DNA of 64,000 nt from Gammaproteobacteria bacterium (lineage in GTDB: Bacteria > Pseudomonadota > Gammaproteobacteria > Ga0077536), in contig CAXXLL010000002.1 in the NCBI GenBank assembly GCA_963662545.2, positions 2,208,001 through 2,272,000 on the forward strand, read 5' to 3'. Shown here one piece after another: positions 1 to 9,077 of this stretch. The position numbers were made by a program, and so were the translations under genes. The notes under the pieces are model-generated. The model searched no databases, was not told where the DNA came from, and worked only from the letters and a program-made list of their open reading frames with translations. The stretch's first letter is position 1; each line of letters starts with the position of its first letter.

Positions 1-2
1 AC

Positions 3-1319
3 GACCCCGAGTTCAACCACATCTATCTCGGCACCGGTAACGGCACGCCCTGGAACCAGCGTATCCGCAGCCCGGGCGGCGGCGACAACCTGTTTCTGTG
101 CGCCATCGTCGCACTCGATGCCGACACCGGGAATTACAAGTGGCACTACCAGACCGTTCCCGGCGAGACCTGGGACTTCAATTCCGCCATGGACATCGTG
201 CTCGCCGACATTACCGTTCACGATCGTGATCTGAAAGTTCTGATGCACGCGCCCAAAAACGGATTCTTCTACATCATCAATCGATCCAACGGTAAACTCC
301 TCTCGGCACGTCCGTTCGCCAAGATTACCTGGGCCAAGGAAATCGATATGAAGAGCGGGCGCCCGATCGAGACCGAGGGTGCACGCTACCCAAGCGGCGA
401 GGTGACCATCTGGCCGGGCCCGCTGGGCGCGCATAACTGGCAACCGATGTCGTATAACCCGGGGACGGGGCTCGTCTATCTGCCGTACCACGACCTCGCC
501 GGCTACTACAACGACTCTAAGATCATTCCGGCCGAGTGGCAGCATACCGCGCTTCAGTTCGACGTCGGGGTGGCCGGCTATCAGGATGACTTCCCCGTCG
601 AAGGAGCAACTAGCGGCCTGATGGGTTGGGACCCGATCACGCAGTCACCCAAGTGGACCTCGGTGAATCCGGGCATGTGGAATGCCGGCACCATGACGAC
701 CGCGGGCAACCTCGTATTCCAGGGACACGCCGACGGCAAGCTCAAGGCTTACCGCGCCGATAATGGCGACATCATCTGGGATTTCGATGCCAAGCACGGT
801 ATTTCCGCCTCGCCGGTGACCTTCGAGGTCGACGGCACGCAACAGGTGGCGATGCTGGTCGGCTGGGGCGGCGGTGTGGCCGCTTTGGGTGGTTCCATGG
901 GCGCACAGCACGGATGGATGTACGGGGTCCATCCACGCCGCTTGCTGGTATTCGCGCTGGGTGGCAAGGCGCAGTTGCCACCAACGCCGCCGCCGCGAAT
1001 GGCCAAAGTACTCCCTGCCCCCAAGTTCGAAATCGATCAGGAGCTCGCCTCTGCCGGCGGTCTGGTATGGGAAAAGAATTGCACCTGGTGTCATGGACCG
1101 GGGGTCGTCGCCGCGGGAGGCGCACCGGATTTGCGGGCATCCGCAATCCCGCTCGACCTAGCCACGCTCAAGGCAATCGTGCTGGACGGCAGCTTGCGCA
1201 CTCGCGGGATGCCGTGGTTCCCGCATTTAAACGGCGACGATATCGTGGCCGTGCAGCATTTCATTCGCAAGAAGGCGCGGGCTTCAATGACAGAGCTTGC
1301 TGTTACGCGACGGGATTGA
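3..1319 (+). CDS. PQQ-dependent quinohemoprotein alcohol dehydrogenase (type II ADH), 5'-partial
   Basis: The frame is open from the window edge (DPEFNHIYLGTGNGTPWN...HYQTVPGETWDFNSAMD). It has PQQ beta-propeller motifs (APKNGFFYIINR, GAHNWQPMSYNP) and a C-terminal cytochrome c domain with CTWCH and a distal Met (GMP). Confidence 0.93.
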   Translation, partial: DPEFNHIYLGTGNGTPWNQRIRSPGGGDNLFLCAIVALDADTGNYKWHYQTVPGETWDFNSAMDIVLADITVHDRDLKVLMHAPKNGFFYIINRSNGKLLSARPFAKITWAKEIDMKSGRPIETEGARYPSGEVTIWPGPLGAHNWQPMSYNPGTGLVYLPYHDLAGYYNDSKIIPAEWQHTALQFDVGVAGYQDDFPVEGATSGLMGWDPITQSPKWTSVNPGMWNAGTMTTAGNLVFQGHADGKLKAYRADNGDIIWDFDAKHGISASPVTFEVDGTQQVAMLVGWGGGVAALGGSMGAQHGWMYGVHPRRLLVFALGGKAQLPPTPPPRMAKVLPAPKFEIDQELASAGGLVWEKNCTWCHGPGVVAAGGAPDLRASAIPLDLATLKAIVLDGSLRTRGMPWFPHLNGDDIVAVQHFIRKKARASMTELAVTRRD

Positions 1320-1376
1320 CCTGGGGTGGCCCCCGGTCCAATAGTGATGCCTCGAAGGCGCGACGACCGCTAGCTA

Positions 1377-3073
1377 GTGTCCGTCCATAAACAGGCATTT
1401 TCTTCGATGGGCACGGAGAAATCGAGGTGTTGAAAGTAGGTTGTTGGAGCGGTAGCGGCGGTTCGGTGGGGGTCGAAGGGCTCTTCGAGCGTAATTGTGA
1501 GTACGTTCGCCGGCCGCAGAGCGCTGCAACCCAAAGTCGCCCGTTCGACGATATCGAGGAGGTCAGTTAGTGCGAGTGAACGTCGCTATTCGAGTTGATA
1601 GCGCGCGAGCAGGCTGAGGTTGTAGGCGACCACAGAAGACCACACGTAGGCTTCGAAGTGCGGCAGGCTCTTCCAGGTGCAACGTGCCAATCCGTATGCA
1701 CGCTTCAGGCAGGAGATACCGGCCTCGATGCCGGCGCGGAAGTTGCGCAAGCGTCGATAGACCCACTGACTCTTGACCATGTCGGCGATCGCGAGCCCGC
1801 GCTTCTTGTGGAAGGCAACGTCTTCGATGCCTTCTGCTTTCGCCGCCCGGAGATTGTCGAGGCTCGCATAGCCGCCATCGGCGGCGACCTGTCGTGGCAT
1901 CGTCCCGTAGTGTGTTCGATGCCGTTCGAGCATCGGCATGAAGCGCTGACTATCGACCGGATTGCCTCGCTCGATGACCACGTCGAGGATGAGGCCACTG
2001 CGCCCCGAAGCCAGATTGATTTTGTGTCCGTACTGAACGTCGCGCGCACCCTTTATGATGATGTCGGTATGCGGCTCGAACAAGCTCACGCACTTCTCGC
2101 TCGCGGGGACCTTCTCACCGCCGAACACCCGCCGCTCAGTTTGCGAAATCACCTGCAGAACAAGTGTTTCGTAGTGCGCTACCTGCGCTAGCCAGTCCGG
2201 CAGTTCAACGCCGGTGACGCCCGGGCTCAGCAGCTGCTCACGTACCCTCGCTACCGCTTCCAAGGTTGAACGCGTCGCCCCAATCAAATCGCGATACAGA
2301 CGTTGGCGTTGCTTCGCACCACGCGCATACCACAGCGCCCGCGCACGCTTCTTCGCCAATCGAGTGTGGTTCACGAAGCACAACTCCGGCGCGCCAGGCA
2401 ACTCGCGCGCCTGTGCGAGCAGACGAACCACAACACGCACGCCATCCCACAGCAGATGACTGTCGCTCGGCGCGTGGATGGCACTGTCCGTTACCGTGCT
2501 ATCAATCCGTACACGCTGTGCCGGCTCAATGCGCGTCTCTTTCGCCGTCGCCAGCAGGGCGCGATGAATAGACTCCCACGTCGATACCTGGATCGCCGAG
2601 ACCACCCGCTGTAAGGCAGACTTCTTCGGACGTTCATTACCCGGCAACCGGGCGAAGGCCTGAAAGCTCGCCGAGTCCTGCAGGTGAAAGGCCAGCTCCT
2701 CGTAACTCAATTGCCGGTGCTGCTTGAGCACCGCGCAGCGCAGCACCGACTCCGCCGACAGTCCGCGTCGACCGGTGGGCTTCAAACCCCGCCGACACAG
2801 ATCGTTCATGACCGGCGTGAGGACCTTGGGGTGAGCATCGAGCCACTCGGACATGCCCTGCAGCTCTCGCCCCAGGTCATGGTCAGCAAACAGCTCGTAT
2901 ATACTCGCTTGGGCCGTGCGTTTCTGACGCATTCCCCCTCCTGTGGTGTCGATGATTGTGTGGAAAATCAGAGGTTTGAAGTTCCATTAGATCACGACCT
3001 ACCGGAGGTTTCGATCCCTTAAGCGACAAATTTTCCTTTTTATTTCAACCGCATCGCGTTTAGGGATGCACAC
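1377..3073 (-). mobile_element. ISNCY-like insertion sequence, copy 1 (1697 bp)
   Basis: Imperfect terminal IRs GTGTGCATCCCTAAA / GTGTCCGTCCATAAA. Flanked by TAGCTA at 1371-1376 and 3074-3079. Near-identical copies at 7388 and 49861. Confidence 0.93.
1586..2932 (-). CDS. DDE transposase, ISNCY-like (448 aa)
   Basis: RIDSTV, AADGGY and RAGIEAGIS motifs (D-D-E). The same protein is encoded by the other complete copies. Confidence 0.92.
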   Translation of the reverse strand: MRQKRTAQASIYELFADHDLGRELQGMSEWLDAHPKVLTPVMNDLCRRGLKPTGRRGLSAESVLRCAVLKQHRQLSYEELAFHLQDSASFQAFARLPGNERPKKSALQRVVSAIQVSTWESIHRALLATAKETRIEPAQRVRIDSTVTDSAIHAPSDSHLLWDGVRVVVRLLAQARELPGAPELCFVNHTRLAKKRARALWYARGAKQRQRLYRDLIGATRSTLEAVARVREQLLSPGVTGVELPDWLAQVAHYETLVLQVISQTERRVFGGEKVPASEKCVSLFEPHTDIIIKGARDVQYGHKINLASGRSGLILDVVIERGNPVDSQRFMPMLERHRTHYGTMPRQVAADGGYASLDNLRAAKAEGIEDVAFHKKRGLAIADMVKSQWVYRRLRNFRAGIEAGISCLKRAYGLARCTWKSLPHFEAYVWSSVVAYNLSLLARYQLE

Positions 3074-3092
3074 TAGCTAAAGGAGAGAGCAG

Positions 3093-3401
3093 ATGAGAAG
3101 TGTTGCAAGCCTGGCTGTGGGGGCCTTATTCGTATTGTTCGCAGTTGGGACCACGGGTATTTCCGTTGCGGTTGCCGATGAGGATATCCAGCTGGTATTT
3201 CACATTGAAGGAATGACCTGAGGCAGCTGTGCACGGACAGTCCGTGAGACCGTCAAAATAATTGCTGGCGTGACACGCGTTCGCGTTGATTTGCAACAAA
3301 AGCGAGCCTGGGTAAGCTGCAGTTCCGAAGTGTCTGCCCAGCAAGTGGTGGCGGCAATAGAATCGAATGGAAGGTTTCAGGCAAAGCTTGTCGAAGAGTA
3401 A
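3093..3401 (+). CDS. Exported heavy-metal-associated (HMA/MerP-like) protein with in-frame TGA, candidate selenoprotein (102 aa, U43)
   Basis: RBS AGGAG at 3081, ATG at 3093, signal peptide ending AVA. The sequence reads FHIEGMT-TGA(3219-3221)-GSC and continues in the same frame as ARTVRETVKIIAGVTRVRVDLQQKRAWV...QQVVAAIESNGRFQA to TAA at 3399, matching the HMA pattern. Absent from the ORF track. Confidence 0.8.
3222..3254 (+). promoter_or_regulatory. Candidate bacterial SECIS hairpin
   Basis: CACGGA-CAG-TCCGTG stem-loop at 3232-3246, with the loop 16 nt 3' of the UGA. Possible lower pairing GGC/GUC. Confidence 0.5.
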
Positions 3402-3686
3402 CTCCCTCACACGGTGCTGTTCCAGGTCAGCAACCAGGGGACAACTTGCAGGGTTCGGTCAAAGGAATGATTTAGGCTCATCAAGGCTCCACCGGAGAGC
3501 ACGATGAGCAAGAGAAGCACGGGTCATGCGACGGCAGACGAACATCGATTCAGATTACCTCTGCAATGCGCTCGAACGCAGTTGCTCAGTAGCGTTCGAC
3601 GGTGTGACCACGACGAGCGGCGGCGACTCCTTGAATACGACCCGGAGCTTGATTTCAAAGCCTGAATATAGAAGCCGGAATGATGC

Positions 3687-5759
3687 CTATAACGCGCGGC
3701 CCAGGGTCTCGCCGTCGACCAGCACGGCCGCGACATCCCTTGGCGCCGCAACGTCGCCGATCCTCGAAACGTCGGGGAACGAAGCCTGTGCCTCGAAATA
3801 CAAATCATCGTTGGGAACACGCAGGATCGAAAGGACGACGCTGTCGATCCCGGTGCGCGTTTCGAGGGCTTCCGCGCCGGCCCAAATGTCGTAGACATCA
3901 ACTTCGTCGGTGCGGATTGCCTCGATGAAATGCTGATGGGTTATCCGGACGCCGAGTTTCTTCAAACGCGGGAAGATGTACAGCATGTCCAGGTTGCGGT
4001 AGATGCGTTCGCCTGCGTACATGCGCGGGCTCATGATTTCGACGTCCACACCTACCTTGGCAAGTATCTCGGCCAATGCAAACGGCAAATGTGCGCCGGA
4101 TTCGTCGAGGATCAACACGCGCTTGCCGAGGAGCTTCGGATCGTCGAGCGCACTCGCGGTGGCCGTACCGACGTCGAACACATGATTGAGCTCGGCGCCC
4201 GGGATCCCTTCGCGATCCGGGCGATAGAGGCTGAGCCCGGTTTTCTCGTAGGACGCGCCCGTGGCGATGACGACGGCGGATGCGTTTACCGCGCGTAGCA
4301 TGTCGATGTCAGCCTCGGTCTCTAGCCGAACCTCAACGCCGCAGTTTTCGACTTCGCGCTCGAGGTTGTCGATCGCAATCGACCAGTCGCTCATCGACGG
4401 CAGGCATTCGAGCATCCGCAGGTGTCCGCCGAGTCGCTCCCGGCGCTCGACCAGGGTCACGCTATGTCCGCGCCTGGCCGCGACGGCGCCCGCTTTCATG
4501 CCGGCCGGCCCGCCACCCACGATCAATATTTGCCGGCGCTCGGATTCCGCCACCTTTTGCAGCGAGCCGTCGCCCCAATAGGCTTCCCTACCGCTGACGG
4601 GATTCAGAGCACAGATGAGTTCGCGGTGCTCCCACAGGCGACCCGCGCATTCGTTGCAGCGATTGCAGCGAATAATTTCGTGCTCACGCCCCTCTTGCGT
4701 CTTTTTGATCGTGTGCGGATCGGTAAGCAACTGCCGCGCCATCGCGATCATGTCCGCCGATCCGTTCGCGAGAATTTCTTCTGCCTTATACAAGTCCCGG
4801 ATCTTACCGACCACGAAGACCTTGGCGCGCTCGCCCACGATCTCCTTGGCCTTTTTGCTGAACGGCTCGAGCCAGCCTTCACCTTCACCACCCACCATAC
4901 TCGGCAGCGCGAGGTGGATGGTGTGGTAACCCCCGGCCGAGATATCGAAGAAATCGAACAGTCCCGTTTCCGTCAGCACTTCGAGCTGCTCCTCCGACTG
5001 CTCCGGCGTGATACCGCCCCGTGGCCCCAGGAATTCATCCCAGGACAGGCGCAGACCGACCACGAAATCGTCACCGACCTGCTCGCGCACCTGCCCTGCT
5101 ACTTCGATCACGAGCTTACAACGCTTGGTAGGCGATCCACCGTAGGCGTCGGTGCGCTTGTTGTAGGTCGGGCTCAGAAACTGTGCAAGACCGTAGCTGT
5201 GCGCGCCGTGGATCTCGACGCCGTCCAAGCCCGCGCGTTTAACGTTGGCGGCCGATTGACCGAAATCATGTACGAGCTGTTTGATTTCCGCCGGCCCCAT
5301 GACCAGCGGCATCTCGTTGTGCATCAGCGATGGGATGCGGGACGCGCCCCAAATCGGCTTGTTCTGATCGATGAACATCCGGCCCTTGTCGTGTACGCCC
5401 ATGGACGCGAGCTGCACCATGATGCGACCGCCGTGTTCGTGTACGGCCTCGCCGAGCGCGTTCATCGAAGGTATGCATCGTTCATTGTAGACGTCGACGA
5501 TGTGATAGAAGGAACCGACCGCGCTTCGGGCCGCCGCTACCGTCTCGGTGATGCAGAGCGCGACGCCACCCTTGGCGCGTTCACTAAAATAGGCGATCTG
5601 CCGATCCGAGAAGACGTGCTCGCGTGGGTCGCCGTGCTGTGAACTGTGGGCGGGTTGCAGGATCCGATTTCGCAGCGAGAGATTCCCGAGCGTGAGGGCT
5701 TGCCATACGTGCGAAAGCTTGTTTCGGGTCGAGCCTGAGGTATTTTCGGAATCGTTCAT
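3687..5759 (-). CDS. Old-yellow-enzyme family NADH:flavin oxidoreductase with 4Fe-4S and FAD domains (DCR/TMADH-like)
   Basis: LRNRILQPAH, DGVEIHGAHSYGLAQFLSP, NKRTDAYGGS, CNRCNEC..C cluster motif and GGGPAG. Start placed at ATG 5759 after GGAG. Confidence 0.9.
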   Translation of the reverse strand: MNDSENTSGSTRNKLSHVWQALTLGNLSLRNRILQPAHSSQHGDPREHVFSDRQIAYFSERAKGGVALCITETVAAARSAVGSFYHIVDVYNERCIPSMNALGEAVHEHGGRIMVQLASMGVHDKGRMFIDQNKPIWGASRIPSLMHNEMPLVMGPAEIKQLVHDFGQSAANVKRAGLDGVEIHGAHSYGLAQFLSPTYNKRTDAYGGSPTKRCKLVIEVAGQVREQVGDDFVVGLRLSWDEFLGPRGGITPEQSEEQLEVLTETGLFDFFDISAGGYHTIHLALPSMVGGEGEGWLEPFSKKAKEIVGERAKVFVVGKIRDLYKAEEILANGSADMIAMARQLLTDPHTIKKTQEGREHEIIRCNRCNECAGRLWEHRELICALNPVSGREAYWGDGSLQKVAESERRQILIVGGGPAGMKAGAVAARRGHSVTLVERRERLGGHLRMLECLPSMSDWSIAIDNLEREVENCGVEVRLETEADIDMLRAVNASAVVIATGASYEKTGLSLYRPDREGIPGAELNHVFDVGTATASALDDPKLLGKRVLILDESGAHLPFALAEILAKVGVDVEIMSPRMYAGERIYRNLDMLYIFPRLKKLGVRITHQHFIEAIRTDEVDVYDIWAGAEALETRTGIDSVVLSILRVPNDDLYFEAQASFPDVSRIGDVAAPRDVAAVLVDGETLGRAL

Positions 5760-6281
5760 TTCATTGAATCTCCCGAGCAGGGAAGAACGACCGGGGACTG
5801 GCAAGTTAGGTAGCTCTGAGAAACCATTCCGGGATAAATCAAGCCACCAAGCTGCATATACGTCATCGATTTCCGTCAGCCATTATTCAACATGCCGTCC
5901 GTCTCTACCAACGATTCGAGCTGAGTCACCGCGCCAGTTCGACGACGGCGGGTGCAAGGGTGACGAAAATGAACGCTTCGATTGACCGAGCATACCCGTT
6001 CATACCGTGCAGCGTGGCAATGCGCGCCCAGCACAAATCATGAATAAGGGGTTAACCATTCTCCCGTTTCCACATTCCCTCCATCATTTGTGCGAATTAG
6101 CACGCTAGCGTGTCAGGGTCACGGATCGCAGGCTCGGCGCCCCAATATCCTTGAAATTCGCGATAGGAACAACGCAGCCCATGGACCGCCAAGGCTACTT
6201 TATCCACGCCACATATCGGCATCGCTTCGCTGCAACGGACCGCTGGCGTAATTACTCGATGCTCGGGAACGGAGTTGCAAT

Positions 6282-6560
6282 ATGTCTGAAACTACAAAAC
6301 GCGTGCTGCAGCGCGAGCTCTTCCAGCGATTCGAGGCGCCCGCGCTGAATGTCGTTTTTGCTCGTTATCGTCAACCCGATACCGAACCTCGCGGCGATCC
6401 GCTCTTGATGGCCGAACGCATCGCCGAACTTACCTCGTGCTCGCTCGACGAGGCCCACCGCGGAATCCGGGCCGCATTCGAGATCTACGATAATCCACGC
6501 GATGTGCAGACGCTGGTGGACGAATTTATCGGTTGTTTTGTAGTGCCGACCTTGCGCTAG
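6282..6560 (+). CDS. Hypothetical protein (92 aa)
   Basis: GGAG upstream of the ATG and plausible codon usage. No recognisable motif. Confidence 0.5.
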   Translation: MSETTKRVLQRELFQRFEAPALNVVFARYRQPDTEPRGDPLLMAERIAELTSCSLDEAHRGIRAAFEIYDNPRDVQTLVDEFIGCFVVPTLR

Positions 6561-6961
6561 TGAAGCGCACGATCGCGAGACTAAGGTGAGATCGTCCGGC
6601 CAAAAAATCTTTCGATAGCCCGGGGGCGGGGATGCCGGTGCGCGATACGCACACCTTCCACAATCCCTTCATATTTCCTCCATCGTCGCTCCTCGTTTAG
6701 CGCTCAAGATCCGTCATATGAATCGCTTCATCGCCCACGCAAGAACAAAACATGTACGCTCGGGCGGGCAGAACGTAATCAGGCGGCGTAGAAGCCTGGC
6801 GGATATCCGAGTTCCCCCAACTCTTTTGTATCCTGGCTTCACACCAGTACGCCGTCTGTTTACCCCATTCCGGCACATCGCATGACCACAAGCGCTCGTC
6901 GATGCGATGAAAGAAGGCGATCCGCTTTCGCGACCACCCCTACCAACTAAGGAGAACGGCT

Positions 6962-7375
6962 ATGTCCTTTAAACCAAAAATTATCGCCATCTGTTCGACC
7001 TTGATCTTAATGATGTCGGCACCCGCGCTTGCCGGGTTTCAGATGTCGGGTGAAGATCAACGTCCCCGCTGGGAATCGATGCCCGATGGCGAACGCGACG
7101 CGATGCGCAGCGAGCGCAAAGCACGCTGGGACTCGATGTCCGAGGAAGAACGTACAGCGAAGCGCGATGAGCGCAAGGCACGCTGGGACTCGATGTCCGA
7201 GGAAGAACGTATAGCGAGGCGCGATGAGCGCAAAGCACGCTGGGACTCGATGTCCGAGGAAGAACGTTCGGCGAAGCGCAATGAGCGCAAAGCACGCTGG
7301 GACTCAATGTCCGAGGGGGAACGTTCGACGATGAGAGAACGGCGCGGATCCGACGGAAGCAGGCGGATGCACTAA
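6962..7375 (+). CDS. Exported charged helical-repeat protein (RWDSMSEEER repeats; DUF3106-like)
   Basis: RBS TAAGGAG, signal peptide ending ALA, then 19-aa repeats ERKARWDSMSEEERxAxRD. Confidence 0.8.
   Translation: MSFKPKIIAICSTLILMMSAPALAGFQMSGEDQRPRWESMPDGERDAMRSERKARWDSMSEEERTAKRDERKARWDSMSEEERIARRDERKARWDSMSEEERSAKRNERKARWDSMSEGERSTMRERRGSDGSRRMH
7112..7326 (+). repeat. 57-bp coding tandem repeat (about 4 units)
   Basis: Units start GAGCGCAA(A/G)GCACGCTGGGACTC at 7112, 7169, 7226 and 7283. Confidence 0.92.
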
Positions 7376-7387
7376 ATTAGTTAGCTA

Positions 7388-9077
7388 GTGTGCATCCCTA
7401 AACGCGATGCGGTTGAAATAAAAAGGAAAATTTGTCGCTTAAGGGATCGAAACCTCCGTGGAACTTCAAACCTCTGATTTTCCACACAATCATCGACACC
7501 ACAGGAGGGGGAATGCGTCAGAAACGCACGGCCCAAGCGAGTATATACGAGCTGTTTGCTGACCATGACCTGGGGCGAGAGCTGCAGGGCATGTCCGAGT
7601 GGCTCGATGCTCACCCCAAGGTCCTCACGCCGGTCATGAACGATCTGTGTCGGCGGGGTTTGAAGCCCACCGGTCGACGCGGACTGTCGGCGGAGTCGGT
7701 GCTGCGCTGCGCGGTGCTCAAGCAGCACCGGCAATTGAGTTACGAGGAGCTGGCCTTTCACCTGCAGGACTCGGCGAGCTTTCAGGCCTTCGCCCGGTTG
7801 CCGGGTAATGAACGTCCGAAGAAGTCTGCCTTACAGCGGGTGGTCTCGGCGATCCAGGTATCGACGTGGGAGTCTATTCATCGCGCCCTGCTGGCGACGG
7901 CGAAAGAGACGCGCATTGAGCCGGCACAGCGTGTACGGATTGATAGCACGGTAACGGACAGTGCCATCCACGCGCCGAGCGACAGTCATCTGCTGTGGGA
8001 TGGCGTGCGTGTTGTGGTTCGTCTGCTCGCACAGGCGCGCGAGTTGCCTGGCGCGCCGGAGTTGTGCTTCGTGAACCACACTCGATTGGCGAAGAAGCGT
8101 GCGCGGGCGCTGTGGTATGCGCGTGGTGCGAAGCAACGCCAACGTCTGTATCGCGATTTGATTGGGGCGACGCGTTCAACCTTGGAAGCGGTAGCGAGGG
8201 TACGTGAGCAGCTGCTGAGCCCGGGCGTCACCGGCGTTGAACTGCCGGACTGGCTAGCGCAGGTAGCGCACTACGAAACACTTGTTCTGCAGGTGATTTC
8301 GCAAACTGAGCGGCGGGTGTTCGGCGGTGAGAAGGTCCCCGCGAGCGAGAAGTGCGTGAGCTTGTTCGAGCCGCATACCGACATCATCATAAAGGGTGCG
8401 CGCGACGTTCAGTACGGACACAAAATCAATCTGGCTTCGGGGCGCAGTGGCCTCATCCTCGACGTGGTCATCGAGCGAGGCAATCCGGTCGATAGTCAGC
8501 GCTTCATGCCGATGCTCGAACGGCATCGAACACACTACGGGACGATGCCACGACAGGTCGCCGCCGATGGCGGCTATGCGAGCCTCGACAATCTCCGGGC
8601 GGCGAAAGCAGAAGGCATCGAAGACGTTGCCTTCCACAAGAAGCGCGGGCTCGCGATCGCCGACATGGTCAAGAGTCAGTGGGTCTATCGACGCTTGCGC
8701 AACTTCCGCGCCGGCATCGAGGCCGGTATCTCCTGCCTGAAGCGTGCATACGGATTGGCACGTTGCACCTGGAAGAGCCTGCCGCACTTCGAAGCCTACG
8801 TGTGGTCTTCTGTGGTCGCCTACAACCTCAGCCTGCTCGCGCGCTATCAACTCGAATAGCGACGTTCACTCGCACTAACTGACCTCCTCGATATCGTCGA
8901 ACGGGCGACTTTGGGTTGCAGCGCTCTGCGGCCGGCGAACGTAACAATTACGCTCACAATTACGCTCGAAGAGCCCTTCGACCCCCACCGAACCGCCGCT
9001 ACCGCTCCAACAACCTACTTTCAACACCTCGATTTCTCCGTGCCCATCGAAGAAAATGCCTGTTTATGGACGGACAC
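7388..9077 (+). mobile_element. ISNCY-like insertion sequence, copy 2 (1690 bp)
   Basis: Same IRs, with TAGCTA at 7382-7387 and 9078-9083. Relative to copy 1 it has a 16-bp deletion near the left end and a 9-bp duplication (ACAATTACG) near 8944. Confidence 0.93.
7513..8859 (+). CDS. DDE transposase, ISNCY-like (448 aa)
   Basis: Same protein as 1586-2932. RBS AGGAGG precedes ATG 7513. Confidence 0.92.
   Translation: MRQKRTAQASIYELFADHDLGRELQGMSEWLDAHPKVLTPVMNDLCRRGLKPTGRRGLSAESVLRCAVLKQHRQLSYEELAFHLQDSASFQAFARLPGNERPKKSALQRVVSAIQVSTWESIHRALLATAKETRIEPAQRVRIDSTVTDSAIHAPSDSHLLWDGVRVVVRLLAQARELPGAPELCFVNHTRLAKKRARALWYARGAKQRQRLYRDLIGATRSTLEAVARVREQLLSPGVTGVELPDWLAQVAHYETLVLQVISQTERRVFGGEKVPASEKCVSLFEPHTDIIIKGARDVQYGHKINLASGRSGLILDVVIERGNPVDSQRFMPMLERHRTHYGTMPRQVAADGGYASLDNLRAAKAEGIEDVAFHKKRGLAIADMVKSQWVYRRLRNFRAGIEAGISCLKRAYGLARCTWKSLPHFEAYVWSSVVAYNLSLLARYQLE

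Noticed and set aside
165-195. Lanthanide-dependent PQQ dehydrogenase
   Set aside because: The active-site segment reads WDFN and lacks the extra Asp (D-x-D) of Ln-dependent enzymes.
3126-3410. 94-aa minus-strand ORF
   Set aside because: It is the antisense shadow of the HMA read-through gene, which has an RBS, a signal peptide and a motif.
4422-5642. Long antisense or alternate-frame ORFs (also 9439-10278, 15066-16250, 19550-20665, 21019-21951, 29098-30207)
   Set aside because: They are shadows of well-supported genes, as expected in high-GC DNA, and carry no motifs.
5805-6280. Short ORFs in the OYE upstream region and at 6600-6950
   Set aside because: No motifs or convincing RBS, so they cannot be supported.
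7112-7326. CRISPR-like array
   Set aside because: The units are contiguous 57-bp in-frame coding repeats without unique spacers, and there are no cas genes.
7432-7512. N-terminally extended 475-aa transposase
   Set aside because: The extension exists only because of the 16-bp deletion. The RBS supports ATG 7513.
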